Of a stretch of 64,000 nt of DNA, positions 1 through 11,800 are shown piece by piece. How positions within the stretch are numbered: position 1 is the stretch's first letter; every line of letters begins with the position of its first letter. The notes below the pieces were generated by a model. That model worked only from the letters and a program-made list of their open reading frames with translations. It was not told where the DNA came from and searched no databases. The translations under genes were made by a program, and so were the position numbers. This DNA comes from Gekko japonicus (lineage: Eukaryota): assembly GCF_001447785.1 (NCBI RefSeq), contig NW_015163109.1, positions 75,400-139,399 of the forward strand, given 5' to 3'.

Positions 1-159
1 GCTAGTTCTATATTGACACGAATACTCAGTTAAATGGAGGCTTTTAAAAAATTGGAATACAGACATTATGAGAAATTAGGTTAGAGTTAGATGTCAATTT
101 TTTGTTGTGATGCCAACAACCAGGGTTACTCAGTATTCAAGTAGATGAAGCACTTTTGT

Positions 160-186
160 GTGCTTACTTCGGCAGCACATATACTA
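160..186 (+). pseudogene. 3'-truncated U6 snRNA retrocopy (U6 nt 1-27)
   Basis: GTGCTTACTTCGGCAGCACATATACTA vs U6 GTGCTCGCTTCGGCAGCACATATACTA; flanked by the direct repeat AGCACTTTTGT at 149-159 and 190-200. Confidence 0.85.
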
Positions 187-2029
187 TACAGCACTTTTGT
201 TATACCTTTAATAAAATAATAGAAACTGTAGGGAGTTTAGGAATGAATTCCTATTCAACTCAGCAGTTTTCAAACCCCCCAGAAGAGTCTAGAGACCCAC
301 ACCCCATTTTTCTCTGTTTTGAAAAATATTGTTCATGGGGAAAGTGTATGACATCAAGCTCATAAATCTTTGCAATGAAAATCTCACTCTTACTTAATTC
401 TACAGTATACAATCTGCCATACTTTAAGTACGCTACTTACTAATAATACCATCATACAAAATGTGCTACACATTAATGTTAGTACTTTTCTGTACCCAAT
501 ATGTACCCACAGTACATGATCTGCTGTACACATGCTGTAAAGCACAGTGCTTGTGAACCACAAACAATGGACACTCAATTGTCCAAAGTGCCAGAATCCC
601 CAATATTTGGGCAGAATTCAAACTATTTGCCCCATTGTCCCATTTACCAAGCCTCCTTTGAATAACATTCTTTATTTCCCATAACCCTACAGGCCAGATC
701 CCTATATACCCATTACCAACAGCTACCTTGGCTGCCCCATTACCCACAGTCCCTTAGGGTTGCCAACTGTCCCACCCCTTGAAGTGAAGCTTAATGCGTG
801 ACAATGGACAGCTGAGCCTGTTTCATGCCAAAGACGATAGGGAACCCTTAGCGTACAAGTAACCCTAGGATTCCACTGAAGTTACTGAGCTGTGCCTATG
901 TTATTTCGGAAATCGGGTTCCATTTTACCAGCCACTGTTGAAGAACATTGAAATGTCTTAATTTATACCCTGGGAGAGACGTATCTGTTTGGAGGTCTAT
1001 GGAAACTATGTGTGGAATTACAAAGGAGCCTACTGTTGGTTTTGAACACGTTCTTTTTGTAAATAATGCTTGTTATGAGCAATCTGTTTGATACGTGCTT
1101 AAAAATTCTATTGGGTTATGACTACTAACCCATCTTTGTACTTTAATGAATGTAATACACGGTTTTGATCATATATAGTTATGAATTGTTGATGGTCTTC
1201 CCTTGGTGGGTGTTATTTGAGGCTGTTTCATGACAGGAAGACAAACAGCATCACCAGTAAATTACATCCCATTAAGCTCTATTAAATAGAACATTTTCTT
1301 CTCAGGCAGCTGGGAACGCCAGAGTCCCTATAGAAGCCACAACACATTAAACAAAAACATACACATCCGGGTAGATATATTTACATGACAGAAATGAGAC
1401 TGCCTTAATCAAATCAGACCTCCATTTTAAGACACCTATTTTTGTTTGCCAATAACCACAAAATGGGGTCAGATGAAATTACAGCCTTCTCAGAACAAAC
1501 ATCCCATACCAACCTAAAACCAGTATTCCTGCTACCAAGTCACCTCTCATAATGGACAACTGATCACTGCATATCCAAATTCCAGGTACAAGGCAGTTTT
1601 TAAAAAAAGCTTCACCCACTTTTTCCCTTTGAAGATCCTTCAACCCAAATATATGAACACACCTGTACAACCCTATTTAATCCACAAAGCAGGAATATAT
1701 TCAATGGGCCTGCTTTTAAGGCCCCCACAGGTATCTTTTGGCAAAATCAATCACAGATGAAGACATCTTATACTCATTCTATGTAAGGAAACTGTGGACA
1801 TGTTAACTCCCTGGGATCATAGCATTCCCAGAGGCCATTGCATAGACTACTCCAATGCTTCCCCTTTCATTTAAACTAGCCCAAATTCATTTATTTATTT
1901 ATTGCATTTATACCCCGCCCTCCCCGATGGGCTCAGGGTGGCTTACGGGGCAAGGTAAAAACCTTGCCATAATAAAAACATGATATACATAGTAACTTGA
2001 TGGCCCTGAGAAGCACTGCATGTGCACCT

Positions 2030-2150
2030 GAGAGAGTTCCGAGAAAAACTGTGACTGGCCCAGGGTCACCCAGCAGGCTTCATGTGGAGGAGTGGGGAAT
2101 CAAACCCTGTTCTCCAGGTTAGAGTTTAGCACTCTTAACCATTACACCAG
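2030..2150 (-). mobile_element. tRNA-derived SINE fragment (Squam3-like)
   Basis: GGAGGAGTGGGGAATCAAACCC...CTCTTAACCATTACACCA, the reverse complement of the head of the SINEs at 33831 and 63837. Confidence 0.6.
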
Positions 2151-2169
2151 CTTAATCCTGACAAGAATG

Positions 2170-2570
2170 AGACAGAGGTGCTACTGTAAGCAAGTCTGTA
2201 GCCTGGGGGTGCTGCTGGACTCAGGCCTCCTGTGGGATAAACAGATGGCAGTGGTAGTCAGGAGCACCTCACACCAGCTTCAGCTGTAGCCTTCCCTGGG
2301 TAAAAAGAAGATCTTCCCACTATGGTGCATGCCCTGGTAACATCTAGTTTAGATAACTGCAATGTGCTCTGCACGGGACTGCCCCGGAAGTATACTGGAA
2401 AACCACAATCGGTACTGAATGCTGCAGTAAGAGTGCTGCTTTGGCACCAGTTGTAGACACCATATCACTCCAGTTTTGTTCCATCTACAATGGCTTTCTG
2501 TTTGCTCCTGGGACCAATTCAAAGTGCTGATATTGACCTTTAAATCCATTTAATGGCTTGGGACCAGCAC
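2170..2570 (+). mobile_element. L2 LINE fragment (ORF2 3' part, decayed)
   Basis: Decayed L2-type motifs (ALVTSSLDNCN, HITPVLFHLQWL, FKVLILTFK). Confidence 0.6.
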
Positions 2571-2637
2571 AGCTAACAAGCAGATACACTATAGTGACTG
2601 AGCCTATTTTGAGTAACTGAAACTTAACTACCAACTG

Positions 2638-2856
2638 ACTTGACCGGGATGCTCCAAACTAGCCTGATCTTGTCAGATCTCAGAAGCTAAGCAGGGTCAG
2701 CTCTGGTTAGTATTTCGATGGGAGACCGCCAAAGAAGTCCAGGGGCACCATGCAGAGGCAGGCAATGGCAAACCACCTCTGAAGCCTACTGTTCTGAAAA
2801 CACTACAGGAGTCACCGTAAGTCAGCTGTGACCTGGCAGCACTTTCCAGCACCTCC
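2638..2856 (+). mobile_element. 5S rRNA-derived SINE with RTE-type tail
   Basis: GATCTCAGAAGCTAAGCAGGGTCAGCTCTGGTTAGTATTTCGATGGGAGACCGCC matches the 5S rRNA internal control region; tail GTCACCGTAAGTCAG; copies at 22805 and 62341. Confidence 0.75.
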
Positions 2857-2984
2857 AACTATTATTCTATTGAAGAAAAAAACTTTTATGCAACTATTTT
2901 TCCCCCTCTTTGACAGCAATAACTTAAATAATTCACTAATCTTGATTCTGGATGAGTATCATACCAGAAAGCTATCGTTTCTAC

Positions 2985-3310
2985 TTACACAGCGAGAGAT
3001 TAAAATGGGGAATTCACTACCAGAGGATGATGGTGGTGATGGTCACAGGCACGGACAGCTTTAAAAGGGGACTGGATAGATTCACGCAGGATAGGTCTAT
3101 CACTGGACTACTAGCTGCGGTGACTAAAGGGAACTCCCACATTTGGAGGCAGTAAACCTCTGAATACCAGTGCCAGGAGATAACAGGGGACAGCCTCAGC
3201 CTCTATGCCCTGTTGTTGGACCTCCAGAGGAACTGGTTGGCAACTGTGTGAGACAGGACGCTGGACTCGATGGACCACTGGTCTGATCCAGGGTGGCTTT
3301 TCTCATTTTT
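2985..3310 (+). mobile_element. CR1 LINE 3' end (older)
   Basis: GGAATTCACTACCAGAGGATG...TTTAAAAGGGGACTGGATAGATTCA plus a 3' UTR related to the 9210 copy. Confidence 0.65.
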
Positions 3311-3747
3311 GTGTTAGAAAAGTATCATATATTCACTTCCAAAAGCCACAGCATCACACCCTCCACATCAAAAACAACACTGTTTACTGGGCTTGATACG
3401 GAGAACCTGGAGAAGCATTCTGTTTGTTGAGCAGGGCTCTTTCACGTCCCCTCTGCAATCCCCTACAAAGCTGTTTCTGAGATCTGGGTATCATGGGAAC
3501 CGAGTATGATGTAACATGAAAGGCTACTGGTGGAAGGAGGAAAACCAGTATGAACTGCAATTTCCACTCTCCTCTATGCACGAGCCAAAATGCCTTCTGT
3601 TTGTGCCAGAAGCCCTTTGGAGACAACCCAAAGAAAATGTACCATGAAAATTAGATGATGCCAATTTTAATCTAAATTAAATGTTGGGGATCATTGTCAG
3701 TGACAATGCTGCAAAGATCAAGATATGTAACTGTTTTAGCCTACCTG

Positions 3748-3860
3748 TAGCAATAGAAGAGAGCAGGAGTTCAGCAGCACCTTAAAGACTAACAAAATTG
3801 GTGGCAGGGAAGGAGCTTTTGTGTGTCACTGCTCACTTTCTCAGATTCTTCAGGTATCTT
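3748..3860 (-). mobile_element. Penelope-like element pLTR fragment
   Basis: AGCAGCACCTTAAAGACTAACAAAAT...GAGCTTTTG...CTCACTTTCTCAGA motif recurs at 34495, 49051, 52660, 58230, 58998. Confidence 0.55.
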
Positions 3861-4311
3861 GCTCTCTTCTAATGTCGCAAAGGTAAATCAAACATGTATA
3901 GAAGAGTCTGAACGTACTAATAAAACAACACATATGCAGCTCACATTCTGCTGTGAAATCTCATGGCCTGTCTTAATACTACTGCAATACTAGCATAAGG
4001 ATATTAATTTTATCTTAACCCTGACTTTGGTATGCATACAGAAGTCTACAGTGACCTGAGACAGACAGCCTTTAAAGTTTCTTCCCAATGAAATTCACTG
4101 GCGTCAGGACACAAACATCACATTTGACCAAAACGAACACACATCAAAGATGGAAATACGAGTGCATGTGGCTTTTAAAGTGATTATTTTGTTCAAAGCA
4201 TTATTTCAAGACTGGCTTTTAAAGCAATTATTTTGTTCAAAACATTATTTCAAGATGATCTCCAAGACAAAGTTCTAATTTGCAGGACAACAAAGACACA
4301 ACAGAGGCACT

Positions 4312-4643
4312 GTTCCCTTGCTCGAAAGCCAGTCGAATCCGACTCTAGGGTTGCAGTGCTCATCTCCATTTCAAAGCCGAAGAGCCAGCACTGTCTGAAG
4401 ACGTTTCCGTGGTCATGTGGCCGGCATGACTAAACACCAAGGCGTTGTTACCTTCCCACTGAAGTGGTACCTATTTATCTACTTGTAATTTCTTGCTTTC
4501 GAACTGCTAGGTTGGCAGGAGCTGGAACTAGAGACGGGAGCTCACTCCGTCATGCGGCACACTCAGGTCTCGAACTGCTGAACTACCGACCTTCCACAGC
4601 CTGCAGTTCAGCGTCTTAACCACTTGAGCCACCGCAGCTCCTA
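4312..4643 (-). mobile_element. Sauria SINE (copy A), near full length
   Basis: GCTTTCGAACTGCTAGGTTGGCAGGAGCTGG and GGTACCTATTTATCTAC hallmarks; TSD AGAGGCACT at 4303-4311 and 4644-4652. Confidence 0.85.
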
Positions 4644-4720
4644 AGAGGCACTTTAGAGATTAACAAAATTGAAGGATAAACTTTCTAAGCCAGAGCTCAT
4701 GTCACTGGTTGCTTACTCTG

Positions 4721-4957
4721 TGCAACTGAAGCAGCAACAGATGGGTGGATTTGGGGCGATGTTATAAGAGGCCAGTTTGAAACAATCAATAAAAAGAAAA
4801 AACAATTAATAGTACGTTTTTGAAGACTACTCCTAACTGCAACTGAAGCAGCAACAGATGGGTGGATGTGGGGTGATGTTATAAGAAGAGGCCAGTTTGA
4901 AACAATCAATAAAAAGAAAAAACAATTAATAGCGAGTTTTTGAGGACTACTCCTAAC
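4721..4957. repeat. Tandem duplication, units of 117 and 120 bp
   Basis: TGCAACTGAAGCAGCAACAGATGGGTGG...ACTACTCCTAAC at 4721-4837 and 4838-4957. Confidence 0.9.
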
Positions 4958-5026
4958 TTTAGAAGACAGGCAGGTAGGAAGAATAGAAAATCCAAACAAG
5001 GAAGATACAGTGTAAAATATGAAAAG

Positions 5027-5210
5027 CAGTGTTCCCTCTAAGCTGAGTTAGTGTGAGCTAGCTCACAGTTTTTTAGCCTCCGGCGCACACGTTTTTGTCT
5101 TAGCTCAGGAAGGATGGCTCCAGAGCCAACCAACTATCTCACTCATAATGCCAGTAGCTCACAAAGTAGAATTTTTGCTCACAAGACTCCACAGCTTAAA
5201 GGGAGCGTTG
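5027..5210. mobile_element. hAT-type MITE
   Basis: TIRs CAGTGTTCCCTCTAAG / CTTAAAGGGAGCGTTG; 8-bp TSD ATGAAAAG (5019-5026) / ATGATAAG (5211-5218). Confidence 0.8.
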
Positions 5211-6552
5211 ATGATAAGCAGTACATATGTAAAGGATGGGCCATATTGAGCTATGAACACCTACAGATAACAATAAATGTCTTGGTGAACTCTAGCTCAG
5301 CAAAGTCATCAGCTGGAGTCATTTATCTCCCAGGACAGTATTTTCTAGAAGACAAAAATGTTCCCTGACTGGTTTCTCAATCTTCCCGTTTTTAATGTCA
5401 GGTATGTATCCATTTGTTCTTTTGTGTAAGAACTGTCCAACACTCTTCTGCCTATTTAAGGTGAAGACTTGGATCTCCTCAGTAGACTGGAGTTGGCTTT
5501 GTCATATGATCTAACAACATGGGCTTTGTCATATGATCTAACATTCATGAAAGCTTGTGCTAGAATAAAATGTGCCACTCTTTAAGGTGTTACAAGATTC
5601 CTGTTATTACAGCCTCAACTGCAGAAGTACCACTGTGAACTCATTGCTCCCTTTCGGAGTGTCAGTTCAGCCAAAAACCACAATTCCAGAAACCCCAAGT
5701 CATGACTCATCCAGTTATGAAACCTTGTTCTCTGTGTGCCAGTCTTAGGTTGTAAATCTTGTTGACATCCACCATGGAGATATGTTTGCCAGGTTGTAAA
5801 CAGGAGAGCATGGCTCTCTCTTTAACAGCTCTCCAGCAAAGAATGTTAAACCTTATCCCTCCCCACACATCTCTTTGCCTCTGCCTTTCCATAGCCAATA
5901 CTACTCTTTTGCTACTCTTTTAAGAACATGAGAAACATTTTGGTGGATTAGTCCAGTCTAGCATTTTATTTGGAAGCCTACAGGAAACCCACCAACAGCA
6001 GAAAGAGAATCTTGGTACATCATTGTTCCAAAACAACTGAAGCAAGTGGCCATCGTTCCCTATCACCAATTCATTCTACAGATCAGTTGTGTCTTGCATG
6101 AAGTAATTTCTTTTGTCTATCCTGAATCTATTGCCCATCCATCTCATGCTGTTTCACACAAGACAGAGAAGCAGCGATGTGAAAAGTGGAACAATTATGA
6201 AGCACGGCAAAGGAAGCCAGGGCTTCATCCTGTTTCAGTACTACAAAGCTGTTAAAGACGTGATCTCTGGGTTGGGTTGCACATTTGCAACCCTAACCAC
6301 CTGCAGGAGTCTCTTGATCTTCAGAGGACCAATGTCCTAATTTCAGAAATACTGCTACTGACTAAATCTTGTTGGTCAGTGACTCCTGGAGCTATGTCAT
6401 ACTATATGGATTGCTGCCCAGTGACTTCAGACCAACATGGCTGCCTATCTGAATATACGGTTTGCTGTAACAAAATAGTAATTGAAAATACTATACTAAT
6501 ATAGAATTTAAAAAACAGAGTTGTAAGCATTTTATTTATAAAGAATACATAC

Positions 6553-6654
6553 CTGCCGACTGAACAAACTGCCTTACATGTATAGCATGGTTTTCCACTA
6601 CAGTTTTCAAGGTCGTACAAAACAATAACGCCATCTGAACCACCTGATAACATG
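6553..6654 (-). CDS. ERCC8: ERCC8 coding exon 3
   Basis: TTACAG| acceptor; (Y)[33 protein letters not shown](R); donor AG|GTATGT; 102 nt. Exon 4 (WYPHDTG motif) was not found in 1-6552, so it lies left of the window. Confidence 0.96.
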
Positions 6655-6837
6655 CTGTAAGGAAATAAATTACAATCCAACTTAGATGCAGCAGACTGTA
6701 AAAAAAGGGAAATTTCAAACCACTTAAGTTAGTCCAAAATTAGTTAGGAAGTATATATACTGTTTGTTTATATAAGCCACATATATACATGAGTTATAAA
6801 ATAATTTTTGCCATAAAATATAAAATAATATACATAC

Positions 6838-6933
6838 TATCGTCCTTCAACGGGTTCAATATCCAGAGTACTAATACCACTCCCATGGATCCTTTCAACA
6901 TCTTTATCCTTGTTTAACTCCAAGCTCAACACC
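6838..6933 (-). CDS. ERCC8: ERCC8 coding exon 2
   Basis: TTTTAAG| acceptor; (R)[31 protein letters not shown](Y); donor TA|GTATGT; 96 nt; phase consistent with exons 1 and 3. Confidence 0.96.
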
Positions 6934-7274
6934 CTTAAAAATAAAAAAGTCAAACTATTATGAACAACAACAAACTGAAATATTTTACACAGCACCTCCG
7001 GCTGTTAAAAGTGAGCAGGCCCTCCAAAGGGACCCATTGAGCGAATTGTTCTTACACTCTGCTGAAGCCAGGGCTTGACAAATCATAGGTGCCAACTTGC
7101 CATGCTACCTCCAAATTTCAGCGCTGTGCCTAGTATTTTCTGCAATTATTGTATTATGGCACCTCTTAGTGGAAGAACAAAGCGTTGGATCTAACCAGCT
7201 TTTCCACAGGTGAACAAAAGGAGAAAGGGTTCACCTTTGACAAGAAAGAAAGCTGTGTTTGTTCCTCCTTGGCA

Positions 7275-8076
7275 TGTTGTGACGGAATTGAAAATCTGGG
7301 ACCAGCAGAATGTTGAGATAGATCCCTGCTGAGTCACATGACATAGAGGGGAGGGGGCCTTTTGGCTGGAGCACTCCCTGAGTGACAGAAAACTGACCTA
7401 ACGGACAATTTGGAGAAGAGTTGGGAGTTGGTGAGAGGAGTTAACAGGAGTCCGCTAACCGAGCTTTGAGAGAACGCCTGTTAACAGTTGATGTAAAGCA
7501 CTGTGGCTGAAGAGCAATCTGCACTGATGCCTCTGATATACCGAGGAGGGTAAAAGTATAAGACCTGAGTGGTCACAGACACCAGAAACACTGCTCCACA
7601 GGGACTTATAAAGTGGCTGACTAAAGGCTAGAGTGACTGGAGAGAGGAGTCTGGAAGGCTGGTTAGGGGACCAGTTAGACTCAAAGGAGCCAGACAAATA
7701 AAGCCAAAAGTTAACCACTGAAGGAGTGACTGGAGAGTGAGATCTGAGGTGTGTTGTGAACATCTAGGTACTGAACTAAGAGTGAAAAGCAGACAACCTA
7801 AGCCAAGGCAAAGTGATTTCTTTATTCAACAAAGTATCAGAACATCCTGTGTAAATATATCCCATCCCCCTGTTGAGTTTTCTGTGCAACAATAAAGTAA
7901 CTGTGCCTGTTGAATGTTACAAGTATTGGTGCCTGACTTTCTGGGGAGCTATATACTGTGCAGTAGTCCTCAAAGAAGACCGCCTGAAATAAACAAACCC
8001 TGAAGAGAATATTATACATTGGGGGTGTAGAGGACTGGTCAGGAAAAATAAAATCAGCTCTTACTAGATCCTGACA
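7275..8076 (+). mobile_element. Putative solo LTR in ERCC8 intron 1
   Basis: Starts TGTTGTGA; purine-rich U3-like body with internal repeat GAGTGACTGGAGAG; AATAAA near 7890; ends CA at 8018 or 8076; TSD not convincing. Confidence 0.4.
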
Positions 8077-9209
8077 TGCAGACCCTCACATAACTGACTT
8101 TATAAAGGGGGTTCATGTCATACATGTGCACAAGGTTTTTCTGGCCCTCATGCCTGCTTCATCTTTTCTGCTTGTGGTGGCTCCTGAATTCCTTATACCA
8201 GTATGCCTTCCTCCCACGGATGACCCACTGCCCAGGTAAGTGCTCCTCTCAGGGGTGGGGCACCTTTGGGGCCTAAGCCCTCAATCACACCTCACTCTCC
8301 TGGTCCCCCTCCTTTTCCAACCTGACATAGACCCTCAGTTTAGTATGATTGTATCTTGAATATTTATTCCAATATTTTAAACTTTTTATGATTTAGCTTT
8401 CTCTCCTATTTTCCCCCTCAAACTATCTAACAAAACTACAATCTTCATTTACTTAAGTTTAGCCTACATTTTAACTGGACAGACCTTCAAATACTTTTAT
8501 TGTGATATTTTATATCAACCAGAACAGACTTTTCTCCTCTAGACTGTGCAGAGCTCTTACACTACTCCAGTTGCTTCCTTTAGAAAGCTGCCTTTGTGAC
8601 AACTATCGGGTGGCTTTATTTTGTTCTCAGAAATGGCCTGCATCAGTATTTCAAGAGCTTTCCCACTTGCTCTTCATACTATCCACTTTCATTGCCTTTA
8701 CCTTCAATACATATATGATTAGAAAGACATTTAAAAGGATACTTAAAACTTACTAGCAACATATTCCTAAAAGTAAGCCATGCTAAATAAAATTGGACTT
8801 CTTTCTGAGTATGATTAGGATGTCTTAATAAAAGACTATTAACTCTCTTTCCTATGCTACCCTCACGTTAGCATGCCATAGTTTAATGAAACAATGTGTT
8901 CTTTCCATGTACATTTTTCTCTACATGTTTACATTAGAAGACCTGACCTCGTAGAATCTTATACATGCCTACTTAAGAACTAAGTCCTTGAGAATTTCTT
9001 CAAAATAGGGCTCAAACTTTATACATACTTATTTGGAAGTAAAATCCCACTCAGTAAACCTAAAAAAAAAATGGCACTAATTTCCCATTACTATTAATAA
9101 GATACAGCTGTAACCAGTCCATGTTCAGATGTATCTGAAGAGCAGCTGCCTTCAGTTTTGCTCTTGTTAACAATATACCAGCTTTTATTTCACATAAAGC
9201 ACTTTAATA

Positions 9210-9740
9210 AAAGGGTTGGAACACTTTCCCTATGAGGAAAGGTTAAAGCACTTAGGACTCTTTAGCTTGGAGAACCGACGACTGAGGGGTGACATGATTG
9301 AGGTTTATAAGATTATGCATGGGATAGAGCAGGTAGAGAAAGAGGTACTTTTCTCCCTTTCTCACAATACAAGGACTCGTGGGCACTCCATGGATAAAAG
9401 GAAGTACTTCTTCACCCAAAGAGTGATTAACACATGGAATTCACTGCCACAGGAAGTGTGGCAGCTACAAGCATGGATGGCTTCAAAAGGGAATTAGATA
9501 AGCATATGGAGCAGAGGTCCATCAGTGGCTATTAGCCACAAGGTATAGATAGGGCCTCTGGGGCAAGTGATGCTCTGTCTTCTTGGTGCTTGGGGGGGGG
9601 GTCAACAGTGGGAGGGCTTCTAATGTCCTGGCCCCACTGGTGGACCTCCTGATGGCACCTGGTATTTCTGGCCACTGTGTGACAGTGTTAGACTGGATGG
9701 GCCTTTGGCCTGATCCAACATTGGCGTCCTTATGTTCTTA
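9210..9740 (+). mobile_element. CR1 LINE 3' end
   Basis: ORF2 C-terminus PYEERLKHLGLFSLENRRLRGDMIEVYKI...TRGH...WNSLP; tail CTTATGTTCTTA; near-identical copies at 33270 and 38812. Confidence 0.9.
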
Positions 9741-10094
9741 ACGTCCTGGCATTCCTCCATGAAATTTGAGTATATACGCAGCAACTATTTTATTTTCATA
9801 GCAACCCACTGAGGATATTGCAGACGAAAAGTGATCCAAAAATGCCACACCATGACTTCCAAAACTAAGTGAGCAGAGCTTTAAAGAACTTCTCACTCTC
9901 GAACCCAACGTCACGCTGGACCTCAGGGAGTACTAGCCAGAGCACCTCACCTCGGGAGCAACAGATACAAGCGGACTCAGCACCAAGACGTTGGACTGTC
10001 AGGCAAAACCATTACCCCGCGAGCCCAGCGCAGGTTGAAAAGAAATCTAAGCCAGCTTCTACTCATTCCCCACCAAGTCAAAAATCCACTTTAC

Positions 10095-10171
10095 CTCCTG
10101 GTAGACTCAGCCCGGCGTAACCTCAACGGGTCGTCAAGACCTGCTTGACGGGCAAAAATATAGCCCAACAT
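10095..10171 (-). CDS. ERCC8: ERCC8 (CSA, WD40 DNA excision repair protein) coding exon 1
   Basis: Minus strand GTCACC-ATG then [25 protein letters not shown](R), matching the vertebrate CSA N-terminus (human [26 protein letters not shown]); 77 nt, ends AG|GTAAAG. Confidence 0.96.
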
Positions 10172-10661
10172 GGTGACAAAAACGAAAAACCTGACCAGGC
10201 GGCCGCCATGTTCGCAAGCGTCTCAGCGCCAATTGGCTCCGCGAGCGGCTCGCTTAGCGAATGCCCTTTGCTTAGACATCCCACGCGGTCGTCTGACAGA
10301 GGCTGGAGACGAAATAACAGAACATGCACGCGCCCAAGCCAGACCCCGCTATTCTTACGACAACTTCCGGTTTAGCCTTTTCCGCTTAGCCTTCCAGCGC
10401 AAAGTATAGAGGCCTTTCATCATAGAGATGGCGAGTCCTAGACCGACTCCCAAGTCTTTCACATTTGTCCTGAAGGCGAGCCTTGCATTTCTTTCACTTT
10501 TCATCTCGTGAAAGGGAGTGGGAGAGCATGTTAATCAAGGGGGCGTGGCTTCTGCCGCGGGAACGGAAGAAGTGGAGTGCGCTGTTTTTGTCTTGGCAGG
10601 GCGCATGAAGGAGATTCGTCCGCAAAGGTGACTGCGCGCTTTCTGTGCGACTGCGGGCAGC
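10172..10661. promoter_or_regulatory. CpG-rich bidirectional promoter and 5' UTRs of ERCC8/NDUFAF2
   Basis: 490 bp between divergent ATGs; YY1-like CCGCCATGTT 10203-10212 and AGATGGCG 10426-10433; palindromic CCAATTGG 10229-10236; ETS/GABP ACTTCCGG 10363-10370 and CGGAAG 10564-10569; GC box GGGGCGTGGC 10540-10549. Confidence 0.85.
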
Positions 10662-10788
10662 ATGAACCGTGTCTGGAGGCTTTTGCGTTCCCTGAAGCTC
10701 GGGGTTATTGGGCCAGAGAAGCTGCAGGTGGGCGTCGACCACTTCGGGAACAAATATTATCGGATCCCGAAACATGAAACTTGGGCAG
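10662..10788 (+). CDS. NDUFAF2: NDUFAF2 (complex I assembly factor 2, NDUFA12-like) coding exon 1
   Basis: MNRVWRLLRSLKLGVIGPEKLQVGVDHFGNKYYRIPKHETWA(G) with the family VGxDxFGNKYY motif; 127 nt; donor G|GTGAGG; head-to-head with ERCC8 as in human. Confidence 0.95.
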
Positions 10789-11585
10789 GTGAGGTTCAGG
10801 AGACGGATGGACTGACAGACCGAAACCTCAGTTCTGTTCACGCTACGTTTGCATCTCAGGGCCGTCTCGAGGTTTTATTTAGAAATCATTATTGTTGTTA
10901 TTATCGTTGTTGCTTTTTATTTGATTTATTAGTGTTAGCTTATTGTCACTATTTCTCAGCGCATTTGTTGACTGAATTTACAAAGTCCACAAGAAAATGT
11001 TCAAAGCATACAGCTAAAAACACACTTGAAAAACACACACTCCAGATTAGAGAAACCATTGAAACGGCCAGCAAACCTAATTTTTAAAAGTATACTTTCA
11101 AAATAAAAAAAAAATCACAAAGGTTCCCCGGGCTTATTCAAAACTGTAAAGTTGCACCTTAAGAATTTATTTTAACAATTTCTGTACTGGCTCATACCTA
11201 TAAAGCTCTTGAAAGCGTGTAAGTAGGTGACCACTGAAAACAGTAGAAGCTAATAACTGAGTTGCTGCTTTTTTCAATGTTGGTGTTGCTTAACTTAAAA
11301 TGACACCAACATTGATAAAAGCAGCAACAATATTTTAAGCAAAAGAAGGTTTTATTTGGCAATTTTATGGACTGCTTTGGTTTATAAAGAAATACACAGT
11401 AGGAGATTTCACAAGATAAAACCAATTAATAAAAACATCAAAGTAAAAGACTTAAGGGTTAATTTTTTTAAAAAAAAATCAGAATTGTCAAATGGATAGC
11501 ACTGTCTTTACCCCATCCCTCAACTACTCCTTATTTATATTGACTGAGAATGTGGCCAGGTTATTCAAAGGAGTTGAGGTGAAAG

Positions 11586-11800
11586 GAGGGGCCGTAGTTC
11601 AGTGGTAGAGCCTCTGCTTGGTATGTAGAAGGTCCCAGGTTCAACCCCCAGCCTCTCCATTTAAAAGGACAATACAGTAGCTGATGTGAAAGACCTGCAG
11701 CCTGAGACCCTGGAGAGCCACTGCTAATCTGAGTAGACAATACTGACTTTGATGGACCAAGGGTCTGATTCAGTATAAGGCCGTTTCATGTGTTCATGTG
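11586..11800 (+). mobile_element. tRNA-derived SINE with CR1-type tail (Squam2-like)
   Basis: GGGGCCGTAGTTCAGTGGTAGAG A-box, GGTTCAACCCC B-box; tail GATGGACCAAGGGTCTGATTCAGTATAAGG...CATGTGTTCATGTG. Confidence 0.7.

Noticed and set aside
3481-3510. Possible ERCC8 exon 4 (HDT codons on minus)
   Set aside because: Reads GSHDTQ rather than WYPHDTGMF, with no flanking similarity
6402-6680. 92-aa ORF as a standalone gene
   Set aside because: It is ERCC8 exon 3 plus flanking intron
10789-11087. Extension of the 141-aa ORF beyond NDUFAF2 exon 1
   Set aside because: Read-through past the GTGAGG donor into intron; no homology recognised
11586-11660. tRNA gene
   Set aside because: Degenerate tRNA-like head continuing into a SINE body with a CR1-type tail
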